A stretch of DNA of 64,000 nucleotides. It comes from an uncultured delta proteobacterium. Lineage in GTDB: Bacteria; Myxococcota; Myxococcia; Myxococcales; Myxococcaceae. The notes beneath the pieces are model-generated. The model was given only the letters and a program-made list of their open reading frames with translations. It did not search any database and was not told where the DNA came from. Below, piece by piece: positions 9,436 to 19,017 of the stretch. The stretch lies in assembly GCA_963713045.1 (NCBI GenBank), contig CAVQKE010000004.1, forward strand, positions 448,001 through 512,000. The letters run 5' to 3'. The translations under genes were made by a program, and so were the position numbers. The stretch's first letter is position 1; the number at the start of each line of letters is the position of its first letter.

Positions 9436-11259
9436 ATGGCCGAACGACTGCAACGCTACCTTGCCCGGGCCGGTGTCGCCTCCCGGCGGGCCGCCGAGGC
9501 CCTCATCAGTGCTGGGCGGGTGACGGTCAACAACCAGCTGGCCAACACCCTCGGCACCAAGGTGGAGCCCAATGACTTGGTGGCTGTGGACGGAAAGCTC
9601 GTCATGCCCCCGGAGGGCGTCTCCTGGTACATCCTTTACAAGCCCCCCGCGGTGGTCACCACCCTGGAGGACCCGCAGGGCCGGCCCACCATCCGCGGCT
9701 TTCTGCAAGGCATCACCACCCGGGTATTCCCCATCGGACGTCTGGACTGGGATGCCGAGGGGGCGTTGCTTCTCACCGACGACGGCGCGGCAGCGCACCG
9801 GCTTCTGCACCCCAGCTTTCAAGTGCCGCGCACTTACCTGGCCAAGGTGAAGGGCATCCCAACGGACGAGGGCCTGGCCCGTCTGGTGGCCGGTGTCCGC
9901 CTTGAGGACGGCCCAGCCCGAGCCCTGGAGGTGGAGCGCTTCCAGGCCACCGAGCGCAATACCTGGCTGCGCGTCACGGTGGGGGAGGGCAGGCCGCATT
10001 TGGTGAAGCGGCTGTGCGCAGCCATTGGACACCCGGTGGTGCGGCTTTACCGGCCCCACCAGGCTGGCATCTCGGTGGCGGGCATGCAGCCTGGAGAACT
10101 CCGCCCGCTGCGGCCGGAGGAATTGGCCGTCGTTGAGGCTGTCGCTGCCGGCCAGCCAGTCCCACCGGTGACGCTGGGCCTTCCGCCGCGCCGGCATGGC
10201 CGGGCGGACGAGGACGCGGAGGCCGAGGGAGACATTCCACGCCGCCCGCCGAAGGCCTCGAGCCCGGGTGGCGGGGCTTCCGGGACGAGGGGCGCCTTTG
10301 CCACGCCGGCACGGGGCCCTGGCCGGGGACCTCCCTCCCCAGGGCGGCCCCGAGGACGTCCCTTCCGCCGAGGGGAGGGCACCGGAGTCCCTCCGCGCGG
10401 GCCTCGACAAGGACTTCCCGAGGGGCGCCCAAGCTTTCAACGGACCGGCCAAGCCCCGCCGGACGCAGCCTCCAGACGGCCGCCAAGGGGAGACCGAGAC
10501 TTCCGGGAAAGGGCCGCCGGCGGCGCTCGCAGCCAGCCTCCCGGCGCGCCGACGGGCTTTCGGCCTGAAAGGGGCTCCCTCCGAGAGGGACCCTCCGGGC
10601 CGCCGCGACGAGGCGGCCGAGACGTCCAGGCAGCGGCTTCGAGCGGCAGGTGGGCCGGCGCACGGACTGGGCGTCCCGGCGCACCCAAAGGCTTTCAGCG
10701 CACCGGGGCCTCGCCCCGCGACGGGCGCCCCCCGGGGCCACGCGGCGGCCGAGACTTTCAGGGAAAGCCGGGTGGGTGGGCTGGCGGGCGAGGCCCTTCC
10801 AGGAGTCACCAAGGCTTTGAGGACGGCGCCACCTCCGCCCGTGGCGGCCGGCCTCGGCCACCCCCACGAGGCGGTCGAGACTTCCAGAAAAAGCCAGGCA
10901 CGGGCGGGTGGGCCGGTGGACGCAGCGGGCCACCTCGCGCGCCCAACAGCTTTCAGCGCGGGGGGGCGTCCAGCCGCGACGCGCCGAGTGGGCCACCGCA
11001 ACGCGGCCGCCCAGACTTCCGGGGAAAGCCACCGGAAGGCGGACGCGGAAAGCCAGCCTGGCGAGGGGTCTCCCGTCCACCGGAAGGCGGCCGACCTTCC
11101 TCCACGGCGCCTCGGCAAAGGCCCCCTCGCGGGGGTTGGGCTGGCGCCGGGCGTGGCAGTGGGGGGCCGCGGCGTGGCCCGTCCGGTGACGGCGGACGGC
11201 CGGGCCGGGGCGGTCCGCGGCGACCCGTTGACCGAAAGCCAGGCGGCCCGCGCCGCTAA
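9436..11259 (+). CDS. rluB: rRNA pseudouridine synthase (RluB/RsuA family) with a long Arg/Gly/Pro-rich C-terminal extension
   Basis: S4 domain (ERLQRYLARAGVASRR) and catalytic GRLD (PIGRLDWDAEGALLLT). Follows scpAB, the usual position for rluB. Confidence 0.85.
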   Translation: MAERLQRYLARAGVASRRAAEALISAGRVTVNNQLANTLGTKVEPNDLVAVDGKLVMPPEGVSWYILYKPPAVVTTLEDPQGRPTIRGFLQGITTRVFPIGRLDWDAEGALLLTDDGAAAHRLLHPSFQVPRTYLAKVKGIPTDEGLARLVAGVRLEDGPARALEVERFQATERNTWLRVTVGEGRPHLVKRLCAAIGHPVVRLYRPHQAGISVAGMQPGELRPLRPEELAVVEAVAAGQPVPPVTLGLPPRRHGRADEDAEAEGDIPRRPPKASSPGGGASGTRGAFATPARGPGRGPPSPGRPRGRPFRRGEGTGVPPRGPRQGLPEGRPSFQRTGQAPPDAASRRPPRGDRDFRERAAGGARSQPPGAPTGFRPERGSLREGPSGPPRRGGRDVQAAASSGRWAGARTGRPGAPKGFQRTGASPRDGRPPGPRGGRDFQGKPGGWAGGRGPSRSHQGFEDGATSARGGRPRPPPRGGRDFQKKPGTGGWAGGRSGPPRAPNSFQRGGASSRDAPSGPPQRGRPDFRGKPPEGGRGKPAWRGVSRPPEGGRPSSTAPRQRPPRGGWAGAGRGSGGPRRGPSGDGGRPGRGGPRRPVDRKPGGPRR

Positions 11260-11309
11260 CGACGCGCACACGCCGTCGCGCTGGGATGGTACAACTGTCT
11301 TCCCCACCC

Positions 11310-13130
11310 ATGGACACCGCGCAGCTGAAGTCCGACGCCAGCGCAGCGCTCGCGGCCGGCGACTTCACTCGGGCCGGCACGCTCTTCGCCTCCTACTGCG
11401 CGACGGCGCCCAACGACCGGCAGTCCCTGTTGCGCATGGGCGATGCTTGGGCGCGCGCCGGTGAGCGCGCCCGCGCCATCGACGCCTACCTGGCTGCGGC
11501 ACAGGGCTTTGCCGCCGACGGCTTTCTGGCGCGCGCCATCGCCGCAAGCAAGCTTGTCCTGGAGTTGGAGCCTGGCCACCAGCGCATGCAGCGCATTCTC
11601 GCGGACCTCTACGCCCAACGCGGCGTGGGACCGGGGGTGGGGCGCCGCCCGCGGGACAACCCCGCACCCCAGGGGGCTTCGCCCCCCTTGGCGCCACAGC
11701 CCCCCCCGGCGCCGCCCGCCGCGCCTTCGGTGGAGGACGAGGCGCCGGAGTTGGTGGTGACGGAATTCATCCTCCAGGTGGGGCTGCACGAACGCACGCT
11801 GGAAGACGTGCTGGCCGAGGCGGTGGGGAACCACGGGGAGGTGGAGACGTCGGCTGCAGCGGCCGAGGCACCGCCGCCCGAAGGGCCTCCGGCGTGGCCG
11901 CCCACGGCCAGTCCCGCCGAGGCATCCGCTGCGCAGACGCCGCCGGCCGGCGGGCCGCCCGGAGCGCGCTTTCTTGAATTATCCCTGGATGAGGCCGAGC
12001 TGGCGCCGGCGCCCGTCGAAGCGCCCCCCAAGGCGCCCCTTCCGCTCTTCACACTCGCCGAGCCTGGCCCGCCGCCCGCAGCCACGGCCCCCGTCCTGTC
12101 GCCAGCGCCGCCCGCCACCGTCGCGCCGGAGACGGCACCTGCACCGCCTCGGCCCCCCGAAGAGGCCCGCTACATTGACTTGTCCTTTGACGAAGATGAG
12201 CCGCTGGAGGCGCCGGCGGCTGCCGCGTTGCTGGAACCCACGCTGCCGGACGAGCCCTTCGCAGACAGCGCGTCAGTCAACGCCCACGGCGCCGCGGAGG
12301 CCCTCGCGCGCGCGGTGCCCAAGGCGCCGCTATTCTCGGACCTGTCGAGCGAGGCCTTCGTGGAGTTGGTGGAACGTTGCCCCTTGCGCCACTTCTCCGC
12401 CGGCGAACGGATTTTGCAGCAGGACGCACCAGGCGAGGCCTTCTACGTCATTTGCGAGGGACGGGTGGTGGTGCGGCGTGAGGAGGGGCCTGCCGTGCTG
12501 GAGTTGGCCCGGCTCGCCGAGGGCGACTTCTTTGGGGAGATGGCGCTGCTGTCCGGAGCGCCGCGGGTGGCCTCGGTGGATGCGGTGCAGGACGGGACGT
12601 TGGTCCTGGAGATTTCCACCGGCCTGCTTTCGGAGCTCACCCTCCGCCACCCAGGCGTCGCCACGGCGTTGAAGAAGTTTTGTCGCCAGCGCTTGGTGGG
12701 CAACCTGATGGCAACCGCCGCCCTGTTTCGCCCCCTCAGCCGGGCTGACCGGCGGGAACTGGCGTCGGCCTTTCGGGCCCGCGACGTCCTGGCCGGGGAT
12801 GTCGTGCTTCGCGAGGGAGACCGCGGAGACGGGCTGTACCTGGTACTGGCCGGCCTGCTGGAAGTCTCCCGCGGCGGTTTCCGAGTGGCAAAGCTCGGCC
12901 AGGGCGAAGTCTTCGGCGAAGCGTCTCTGCTCGGCCGCAAACCGGTGCTGGCCACGGTGCGGGCGCTGCAACGGACGTCGCTGCTGCGGCTGCCCGAGGA
13001 GGACTTCGCCCGAGTGGCAGAACGCTACCCGGCGGTGCGCGCCCACCTGGAGGCCCTCCGCGACGCCCGTGCCCGAGAAAATGCACGCGTGCCTCTCGAC
13101 CCCGGTGAAACTGCGGCTCTGCTCGTCTGA
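11310..13130 (+). CDS. TPR plus tandem cyclic-nucleotide-binding domain protein
   Basis: N-terminal TPR-like helices, Pro/Ala linker, and two cNMP domains (FFGEMALLSGAPRVASV; VFGEASLLGRKPVLATV). Alternative ATG at 11286. Confidence 0.85.
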   Translation: MDTAQLKSDASAALAAGDFTRAGTLFASYCATAPNDRQSLLRMGDAWARAGERARAIDAYLAAAQGFAADGFLARAIAASKLVLELEPGHQRMQRILADLYAQRGVGPGVGRRPRDNPAPQGASPPLAPQPPPAPPAAPSVEDEAPELVVTEFILQVGLHERTLEDVLAEAVGNHGEVETSAAAAEAPPPEGPPAWPPTASPAEASAAQTPPAGGPPGARFLELSLDEAELAPAPVEAPPKAPLPLFTLAEPGPPPAATAPVLSPAPPATVAPETAPAPPRPPEEARYIDLSFDEDEPLEAPAAAALLEPTLPDEPFADSASVNAHGAAEALARAVPKAPLFSDLSSEAFVELVERCPLRHFSAGERILQQDAPGEAFYVICEGRVVVRREEGPAVLELARLAEGDFFGEMALLSGAPRVASVDAVQDGTLVLEISTGLLSELTLRHPGVATALKKFCRQRLVGNLMATAALFRPLSRADRRELASAFRARDVLAGDVVLREGDRGDGLYLVLAGLLEVSRGGFRVAKLGQGEVFGEASLLGRKPVLATVRALQRTSLLRLPEEDFARVAERYPAVRAHLEALRDARARENARVPLDPGETAALLV

Positions 13131-13185
13131 GGCGGCCCGCTTCGGGTGTCCCACAGGGGTCCCGCGGTGTACGCTAGCGTTCCGC

Positions 13186-14040
13186 GTGACACTCCGCTCG
13201 ATTTGCCTCGCCGCGCTGGCCGCCTCCGCCTGCAGCCACACCCAGCAGGCAGCACCAGAGTTGGACCGCGTCCAGCGCCCGGCCTACCTCGGACGTCTCG
13301 ACGACGGCGCTGGTCCAAAGGCGCAAGGCTTGGCCAGCGCCGCAGCCTCCAGTGGACAGCTTCTGACGGCGATGAATGCCGCCATCGGGAAATTCGAGGT
13401 GTCCGAACGCATCCGCAGCCAATTGGCCGTTGCACTCCGCCCGGACAAGCCCTGGTCCAATGCAGTCCCCGCGAGCCAGGTGGCCAGCGCTCTCGAGACG
13501 TTTCTCGTCGAGCACGACCCGCCTCTCCCCCCGGACTACGACCGCCTCAAGCCCACCGGAGCTGACGCGGTGCTGGAAGTCGTCGTCCAGGACTATGGGC
13601 TGCAGGTGGAGGGCAGCGCTGCCCAAAGCTTCCTGCGCGGTTACGCGCGTCTCTTCCTTTTGTCCGACGGCACCGAGTTGTGGCGCTCGGAGTTTCAACG
13701 CTCGGGCACCACCCAGGGGCTTGCGCCCTTGAAGGCGGCGTCGCTGGCGTCCAATGCCGAGCCCTATGGAGACCAACTGCGGGTCCTGCTGGACGCCTCG
13801 GCGCTGGACTTGGCGCGACAGCTGAGCCCGGCAGTGGCCGCGCGCCTCGCCGCCCCAGCGCCAGCCGGACCGTCCGCGCCCGTCGACGAGGGCGCCCAGC
13901 AAGGCGGAACGTCGCGGGCTCCAGCCCCCGACTTGACGCAGCCCGCCAACACCCCCGTCCCCACCGACCGCACCAAACCCAAGGCGCAGCCGCCTCCGGA
14001 CCTCACTGCCCCCAGCGAGCAGCCCGTCACACCGAAATAA
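13186..14040 (+). CDS. Putative lipoprotein
   Basis: Signal and lipobox (LAALAASA-C) and a Pro-rich C-terminal tail. GTG start is inferred. Confidence 0.7.
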   Translation: MTLRSICLAALAASACSHTQQAAPELDRVQRPAYLGRLDDGAGPKAQGLASAAASSGQLLTAMNAAIGKFEVSERIRSQLAVALRPDKPWSNAVPASQVASALETFLVEHDPPLPPDYDRLKPTGADAVLEVVVQDYGLQVEGSAAQSFLRGYARLFLLSDGTELWRSEFQRSGTTQGLAPLKAASLASNAEPYGDQLRVLLDASALDLARQLSPAVAARLAAPAPAGPSAPVDEGAQQGGTSRAPAPDLTQPANTPVPTDRTKPKAQPPPDLTAPSEQPVTPK

Positions 14041-14054
14041 CTCCCAGGGTATCT

Positions 14055-15113
14055 CTGTCTCTCCCCATCCATTTGGACGGCGCCGCCGGCGGCCAGACGC
14101 TGCGTACCGCACTGACGTTGTCACTCGTCACTGGGACTCCCGTGCATCTTCACGGCTTCCGGGCCAAACCGCCTTCGCCCGGGCTGCGTCCGCGGCACTT
14201 GGCCTTGCTGCGGGCGGCGGAAGCGGTGGGCGGAACGGCCGACGGCGCCACCCTCGGCGGGCTGGAGGTGGCCTTCGCGCCGGCGCCGGTGCGCAGCGGA
14301 GAATACGTCCTGGAGCTTGGGCCCACCGGGAGCGCCCCGCTGGTGTTTCAGATGCTGGCCTTCCCGCTGGCGCTGGCGGGCGGTGGGACGGTGCGGCTGC
14401 GGGGCCTGACCCACGCCCCACAGGGGACCTCCTACCACCACCTGGCCTGGGCCTGGCTGCCGATGGTGGCCGCCTACGGCTTGCGTGCTTCGCTGTCGCT
14501 GCTGCAAGCGGGCTTTTCACCGGACGGCGTCGGAGAATTTCGGGCCACGGTGGAGGCGATGGGACCGCCGCCCCTCCGCGTCGAAATTCCGGCGCGCGGA
14601 ACGCTGCATGACGTTGCCGTCCGTGCCTTGGTGGGCGGCCTGCCGTTTGAGGTGGCGGGGCGAGCCACCAGGGCCGCGGTCACCGCGCTCCGCGAGCGGG
14701 GCATTTACTGCAGCGCTGAAAACCTTCCTCTTCCCGTTGGCCGCACCGCCGGTTCGGTGGTTTTCATCCGGGCGCAGTTTGAAAACACCTTCGCCGCCTT
14801 TACCGTGGTGGGTGAACGCGGCGATGCCCCGGACGAAGTGGGGCTCCGCGCCGCTGGGGCCCTCTCGGCCTTCATGGAGTCGGCCGGCGCCCTCGACGAA
14901 CGGCTGGCCGACCAAATCCTGCTTCCGGCCGCCTTGCTGGCCGCCGGCGCGCTGGGCGCCGTCGACCCTGGTTCGACCCGCTTCACCACCGCCCGTGTGA
15001 CGCCGCACCTCGAGGCGACACGCGCGGTGGTGGAGCGCCTCCTTCCGGTGGAGGTGTCTGTCGAGGCGGGCGGCCGACTCGAAGTGCGCCCTCGGACGAC
15101 GGCCCGCCCATGA
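14055..15113 (+). CDS. rtcA: RNA 3'-terminal phosphate cyclase family protein (divergent)
   Basis: LDG..GGQTLRTAL.LS, PGLRPRH, TGSAPL, LADQILL and a C-terminal TPHL His. No ATG; start is CTG 14055 or TTG 14073. Confidence 0.8.
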   Translation: MSLPIHLDGAAGGQTLRTALTLSLVTGTPVHLHGFRAKPPSPGLRPRHLALLRAAEAVGGTADGATLGGLEVAFAPAPVRSGEYVLELGPTGSAPLVFQMLAFPLALAGGGTVRLRGLTHAPQGTSYHHLAWAWLPMVAAYGLRASLSLLQAGFSPDGVGEFRATVEAMGPPPLRVEIPARGTLHDVAVRALVGGLPFEVAGRATRAAVTALRERGIYCSAENLPLPVGRTAGSVVFIRAQFENTFAAFTVVGERGDAPDEVGLRAAGALSAFMESAGALDERLADQILLPAALLAAGALGAVDPGSTRFTTARVTPHLEATRAVVERLLPVEVSVEAGGRLEVRPRTTARP

Positions 15114-16801
15114 GGGCGTCCTTCACCGCACTGTGGAACCTGCTTTTCGCGCTCAGCCTGCTGGTGCGCATTCCGCTGCGGCTGCTCGCCCACCGCGCCG
15201 CCCCGGCCTACGTGCGTTTCCGGCTTCGCGGGGACCCGGCGTATCGCGCCAACCTCCGCCGACGCTGGCCCTGGCAACGCTCCGGCGCCGAGGTGCGCGA
15301 CCTTGGGTCCTTTCGCCAGGACCTGGAGCGACTGGCCCGGGACACCCGCGTCCGGGGAATTGTCTTGGAGGTGGCTGCGCTCAACATGTCGCCCGCCAAG
15401 CGCCTGCTGGTGGCGGGCTGGCTCGCGTCCTTCCGGGCGTCGGGCAAGGAAGTGGTGGGCTTCGCCGTCGCCCCGGGGAACGCCGAGTATGCGTTGCTCT
15501 GCTCGGCGAGCCGCCTTGTGCTGCCGCGGCCAGGGCGCCTTTCCTTGGACGGCTTTCTCTTGGAGGCGACGGCGGTCGGCAACGCCCTGGAACGGCTCGG
15601 CGTCCGCGCGGAATTCATCCGGCGGGGAGACTTCAAGACGGCGCCGGAGCTCTTCACCCGCAGCGACGTCTCCCCCAACCAGGAGGCCCTCATTCAGGAG
15701 TTGTTGGACGACCGCCACGCCGACCTTGTCGACGCGGTGGCACGTGGCCGCCGCGTCGAGCCGAGCGAGGCCGCTGCCCGGGTCGACCGCGGGCCTTACA
15801 GCGCCGAGCGCGCACTGGCGGCCGGCCTGGTGGATGCCCTTGCCGACGAGGCCGAGCTTCCCGCCCTGTTGGGGATGGCCAGCGGGCTGGACCGCGAGGG
15901 GCAGGTGCCGCCCTACTCGGCCTACCTGCGCTCCCTTCGTGTGCCGGCGGTGCACTGGGCGCGCCTCAGGCGCCGCCCGCGCCTGGCGGTGGTGCCCCTC
16001 AGCGGCGTGCTGGCCGACACCGACGGCGCCGTTCCGCGACCCTGGCCGGAGTTGGCTGGAGCCGAGACCCTGATGGCGGCGCTGCGTGCCTGCGCGCGGG
16101 ACAACCGCTGTCCGGCGGTGCTGCTGTACGTCAACAGCCCTGGGGGCAGTGCGCTCGCTTCCGAGCGCGTCGCCGACGAGGTGACGCGCTTGGCCCAACA
16201 CAAGCCGGTGCTGGCCTACACTGACCGCGTCTCAGCCAGTGGCGGCTATTTGGCCTCGCTGGGGGCGCGCGAGCTGTGGGCGGGCCCCCATGCCGTGGTG
16301 GGGAGCATCGGCGTCTTCGCTGGTAAATTCGACGCCCAGGCGCTCCTCCTCCGACTGGGCATCCACCGCACGGCCTACAGCCGAGGGGAGCATGCCGGCC
16401 TTGGCACGCTGACGCGGCCGCTGACCGCCGCAGAGCGCGACGCGCTCGAGCGGGAGGTGGAGGAGATGTACCAGCGGTTTGTGGGGCGCGTCGCGCGCAG
16501 CCGGAAAATGTCGACCGGCGACGTGCTGGCCCGCGCCGAGGGGCGTGTCTTCACCAGCCAACGGGCGTTGGCCGAAGGGCTGATTGACCGGTTGGGGACC
16601 TTCGAGGAAGCGGCGGCCCGCGCCTTGGAGTTGGCCGGAGTGCCCACCGCCGACTTCGAGCTGTCGGTGTACGGCATCCCGAAGCGTCGCCTCGGGCTGG
16701 CCGCCCTCCTTCCCCGACGTGCCCAGGTGGTGGCGCTGTGGTGGCCCTGGCTGACCGGGGACGGGCTTGGGGGAACCGAGGCCTTCGGAGCCAAGGCGTG
16801 A
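15110..16801 (+). CDS. sppA: Signal peptide peptidase SppA (S49, two-domain)
   Basis: GDFKTAPE (catalytic Lys region), YVNSPGGSALAS, SASGGY, VGSIGV, AEGRVFT. Confidence 0.88.
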   Translation: MRASFTALWNLLFALSLLVRIPLRLLAHRAAPAYVRFRLRGDPAYRANLRRRWPWQRSGAEVRDLGSFRQDLERLARDTRVRGIVLEVAALNMSPAKRLLVAGWLASFRASGKEVVGFAVAPGNAEYALLCSASRLVLPRPGRLSLDGFLLEATAVGNALERLGVRAEFIRRGDFKTAPELFTRSDVSPNQEALIQELLDDRHADLVDAVARGRRVEPSEAAARVDRGPYSAERALAAGLVDALADEAELPALLGMASGLDREGQVPPYSAYLRSLRVPAVHWARLRRRPRLAVVPLSGVLADTDGAVPRPWPELAGAETLMAALRACARDNRCPAVLLYVNSPGGSALASERVADEVTRLAQHKPVLAYTDRVSASGGYLASLGARELWAGPHAVVGSIGVFAGKFDAQALLLRLGIHRTAYSRGEHAGLGTLTRPLTAAERDALEREVEEMYQRFVGRVARSRKMSTGDVLARAEGRVFTSQRALAEGLIDRLGTFEEAAARALELAGVPTADFELSVYGIPKRRLGLAALLPRRAQVVALWWPWLTGDGLGGTEAFGAKA

Positions 16802-17370
16802 GGCGCTTCTTGGGGCGCTGGACAATGGTGGCTCTCCTGGCCTGCGCGACCCCCGGGCCGACGCCTCCCGCCGAGGCTTACGCGCGAGCGCTCCAAGCCG
16901 GCCAGCTCGACGCGGCGTACGCCCTCACCGCGCCGGCCTTCCGTGCCCAGGTCTCCGCTGACGCCTTCCGTGCGCGCTTTGCGGACCCCGCCGCTCGTCG
17001 CGCACGGGCGGCCGCCGTCCGAGACGGCCTTGACGCCTTGACGCGCTCGGCGCCGGAGCTCTTCGGCGCAGACCAGACGGAGGTCCCCGAAGCCGTCATT
17101 CTCCGCTTTGCCGCCGCGGTGCGAGCGGCCGACTTCGAGGAGGCCCGGCGGTGCCTGTCCGCTGAACTCCGTGCGCGGTACAGCCCAGAGCTACTGGCCC
17201 GGGACTTTCACGCCGAGCCGACCGCCGCCGAGCGCCTGGAGCGGGCGGTGGTGGCGGCGGAGGGCATTCCAACACAGGAGGCAAACCGCGTTCGCTTCCC
17301 ACTGCCGGGCGGCGGAGCCGTCGTCGTCCTGCGAGAGGCGGATGGCTGGAGGTTGGAAGCGCTGGAGTGA
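16798..17370 (+). CDS. Putative lipoprotein with two internally similar helical segments
   Basis: GTG overlaps the sppA stop, lipobox ALLA-C, and similar segments AYARALQAGQLDAAYAL and RFAAAVRAADFEEARRC. Confidence 0.65.
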   Translation: MRRFLGRWTMVALLACATPGPTPPAEAYARALQAGQLDAAYALTAPAFRAQVSADAFRARFADPAARRARAAAVRDGLDALTRSAPELFGADQTEVPEAVILRFAAAVRAADFEEARRCLSAELRARYSPELLARDFHAEPTAAERLERAVVAAEGIPTQEANRVRFPLPGGGAVVVLREADGWRLEALE

Positions 17371-17470
17371 CCCGCCCGACGGCCGCCGTTACTTGACAGC
17401 CCAGCGGATGGACCCCCAGTGTGCCGGGCGCTTTCCCGGGACAGAGGTTTCGACAGGAGGTTTCAGCACG

Positions 17471-18544
17471 ATGGCAGTAACCGAGCAGGACGTGATGGCG
17501 GCGTTGGCCACGGTGATTGACCCGGAGCTCCACGTCAGTCTCGTCCAGGCCGGCATGGTGAAGGCCGTCAGCGTCGAGAACGGCCGGGTGCGGGCGAAAA
17601 TTGAGCTCACCACGCCCGCCTGCCCGATGAAGGCGAAAATTCAAGCCGACGCGGAGGCCGCCCTCAAAGCGGTGCCCGGAGTGACGGGACTCGACCTGGA
17701 ATGGGGGGCCCAGGTGCGTGCCGCCCCGCGCGGGCAAAACCCGATGCTTCCCCAAGTGAAGCACGTGGTGCTGGTGGGCGCGGGGAAGGGTGGGGTGGGA
17801 AAAAGCACGGTGGCCATCAATTTGGCAGCAGCGCTGGCGCAGTGTGGCGCGACGGTGGGCCTGCTCGACGCAGACTTTTACGGCCCGAGCATCCCGTTGA
17901 TGACCGGCCTCACCGAGAAAAAGCCGGTCAGTCCGGATGGAAAAAATTTGGAGCCGCTGGTGGCGTTCGGGATGAAGGTGATGTCCTTGGGATTCCTTGT
18001 CGAGCCGGACCAGGCCCTCATTTGGCGCGGTCCGATGTTGCACGGCGCCCTTCAGCAGCTGATGCGAGATGTGAATTGGGGGGCGCTCGACTACTTGGTG
18101 GTCGACTTGCCGCCTGGCACCGGCGACGTGGCCCTCACCATCTCCCAGTCCATTCGCTCATCCGGGGCGGTGCTGGTCACGACGCCGCAGGACGTGGCGC
18201 TGGCGGACGTGGTGCGGGCCAAACAGATGTTCGACAAGGTCCACATCCCCGTCCTCGGCATCGTCGAAAATATGAGCACCTTCTTCTGTCCGCACTGCCA
18301 GAAGGAGACGCCGATTTTTCACCACGGCGGAGGGCGTCGGGCAGCGGAGATGTTTGGCATTGCCTTTTTCGGGGAGATTCCTCTCGTCCTTTCGGTACGC
18401 GAAGGGGGAGATGCCGGCTGCCCGGTGGTGGTCGCTGCTCCCACCAGCCCTGAGGCCCAAGCCTTCATCGCCATGGCAAAAAACATCGCCGGGCGGGTGT
18501 CGGCGGAGACTGCGCGGCCACCGGCTGCGGCCAGCGCAGGTTGA
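17471..18544 (+). CDS. apbC: Mrp/ApbC iron-sulfur cluster carrier ATPase
   Basis: N-terminal DPEL...LTTPACP, GKGGVGKST, IWRGPM, DLPPGTGD, ENMS.F.CPHC. AGGAGG SD upstream. Confidence 0.95.
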   Translation: MAVTEQDVMAALATVIDPELHVSLVQAGMVKAVSVENGRVRAKIELTTPACPMKAKIQADAEAALKAVPGVTGLDLEWGAQVRAAPRGQNPMLPQVKHVVLVGAGKGGVGKSTVAINLAAALAQCGATVGLLDADFYGPSIPLMTGLTEKKPVSPDGKNLEPLVAFGMKVMSLGFLVEPDQALIWRGPMLHGALQQLMRDVNWGALDYLVVDLPPGTGDVALTISQSIRSSGAVLVTTPQDVALADVVRAKQMFDKVHIPVLGIVENMSTFFCPHCQKETPIFHHGGGRRAAEMFGIAFFGEIPLVLSVREGGDAGCPVVVAAPTSPEAQAFIAMAKNIAGRVSAETARPPAAASAG

Positions 18545-18582
18545 GTGGGGCCGCTCTGCTAGGCTCCACCAGGGCAGATAGC

Positions 18583-19017
18583 GTGAATTCCAAAGACCCA
18601 CTCGACCTCGACGAGCCACTGGGCGACGTTCCGCCCCCGGCGCCGCTGTTGGGCCTTGTCCCAGAATTGATGCGCAAGGCTGCCTTCGCTGGCCTCGGTG
18701 CCCTGTTCATGACGGAAGAGGGACTTCGGCGGACCGCGGCGCAGATTCCCTTGCCCAAGGAGGCGCTCTCGGCGCTGATGGCGCAGGCCGAGCGCACCAA
18801 GGACGAGGTGACCCGGGTGTTGGCCGAAGAGTTGCGCCGCTTCCTCCACTCCGAAGGGTTGAAACGAGAGCTGTCTCAAATTTTTGCCGGGATGAGCGTC
18901 GAGGTGAAGGCCCGCATCCGTCTCGTTCCGGACGAGAAGGCCAGCCCGGCCAAGCGCCCTTCGGTGAAGGTGACGTCCGGGGCGCCCCGCCACCGGCGCC
19001 GTAAGTCAGAGGGATGA
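18583..19017 (+). CDS. Hypothetical protein with a phasin-like N-terminal helix
   Basis: MRKAAFAGLGALFMTEEG resembles phasin-family amphipathic helices. Basic C-terminal tail. Confidence 0.6.
   Translation: MNSKDPLDLDEPLGDVPPPAPLLGLVPELMRKAAFAGLGALFMTEEGLRRTAAQIPLPKEALSALMAQAERTKDEVTRVLAEELRRFLHSEGLKRELSQIFAGMSVEVKARIRLVPDEKASPAKRPSVKVTSGAPRHRRRKSEG

Noticed and set aside
9349..11464. Long overlapping ORFs on other frames and strands over the rluB tail (652, 468 and 422 aa)
   Set aside because: Shadow ORFs are expected in very GC-rich, stop-poor repeat sequence, and they carry no motifs. The same applies to most antisense ORFs in the track.
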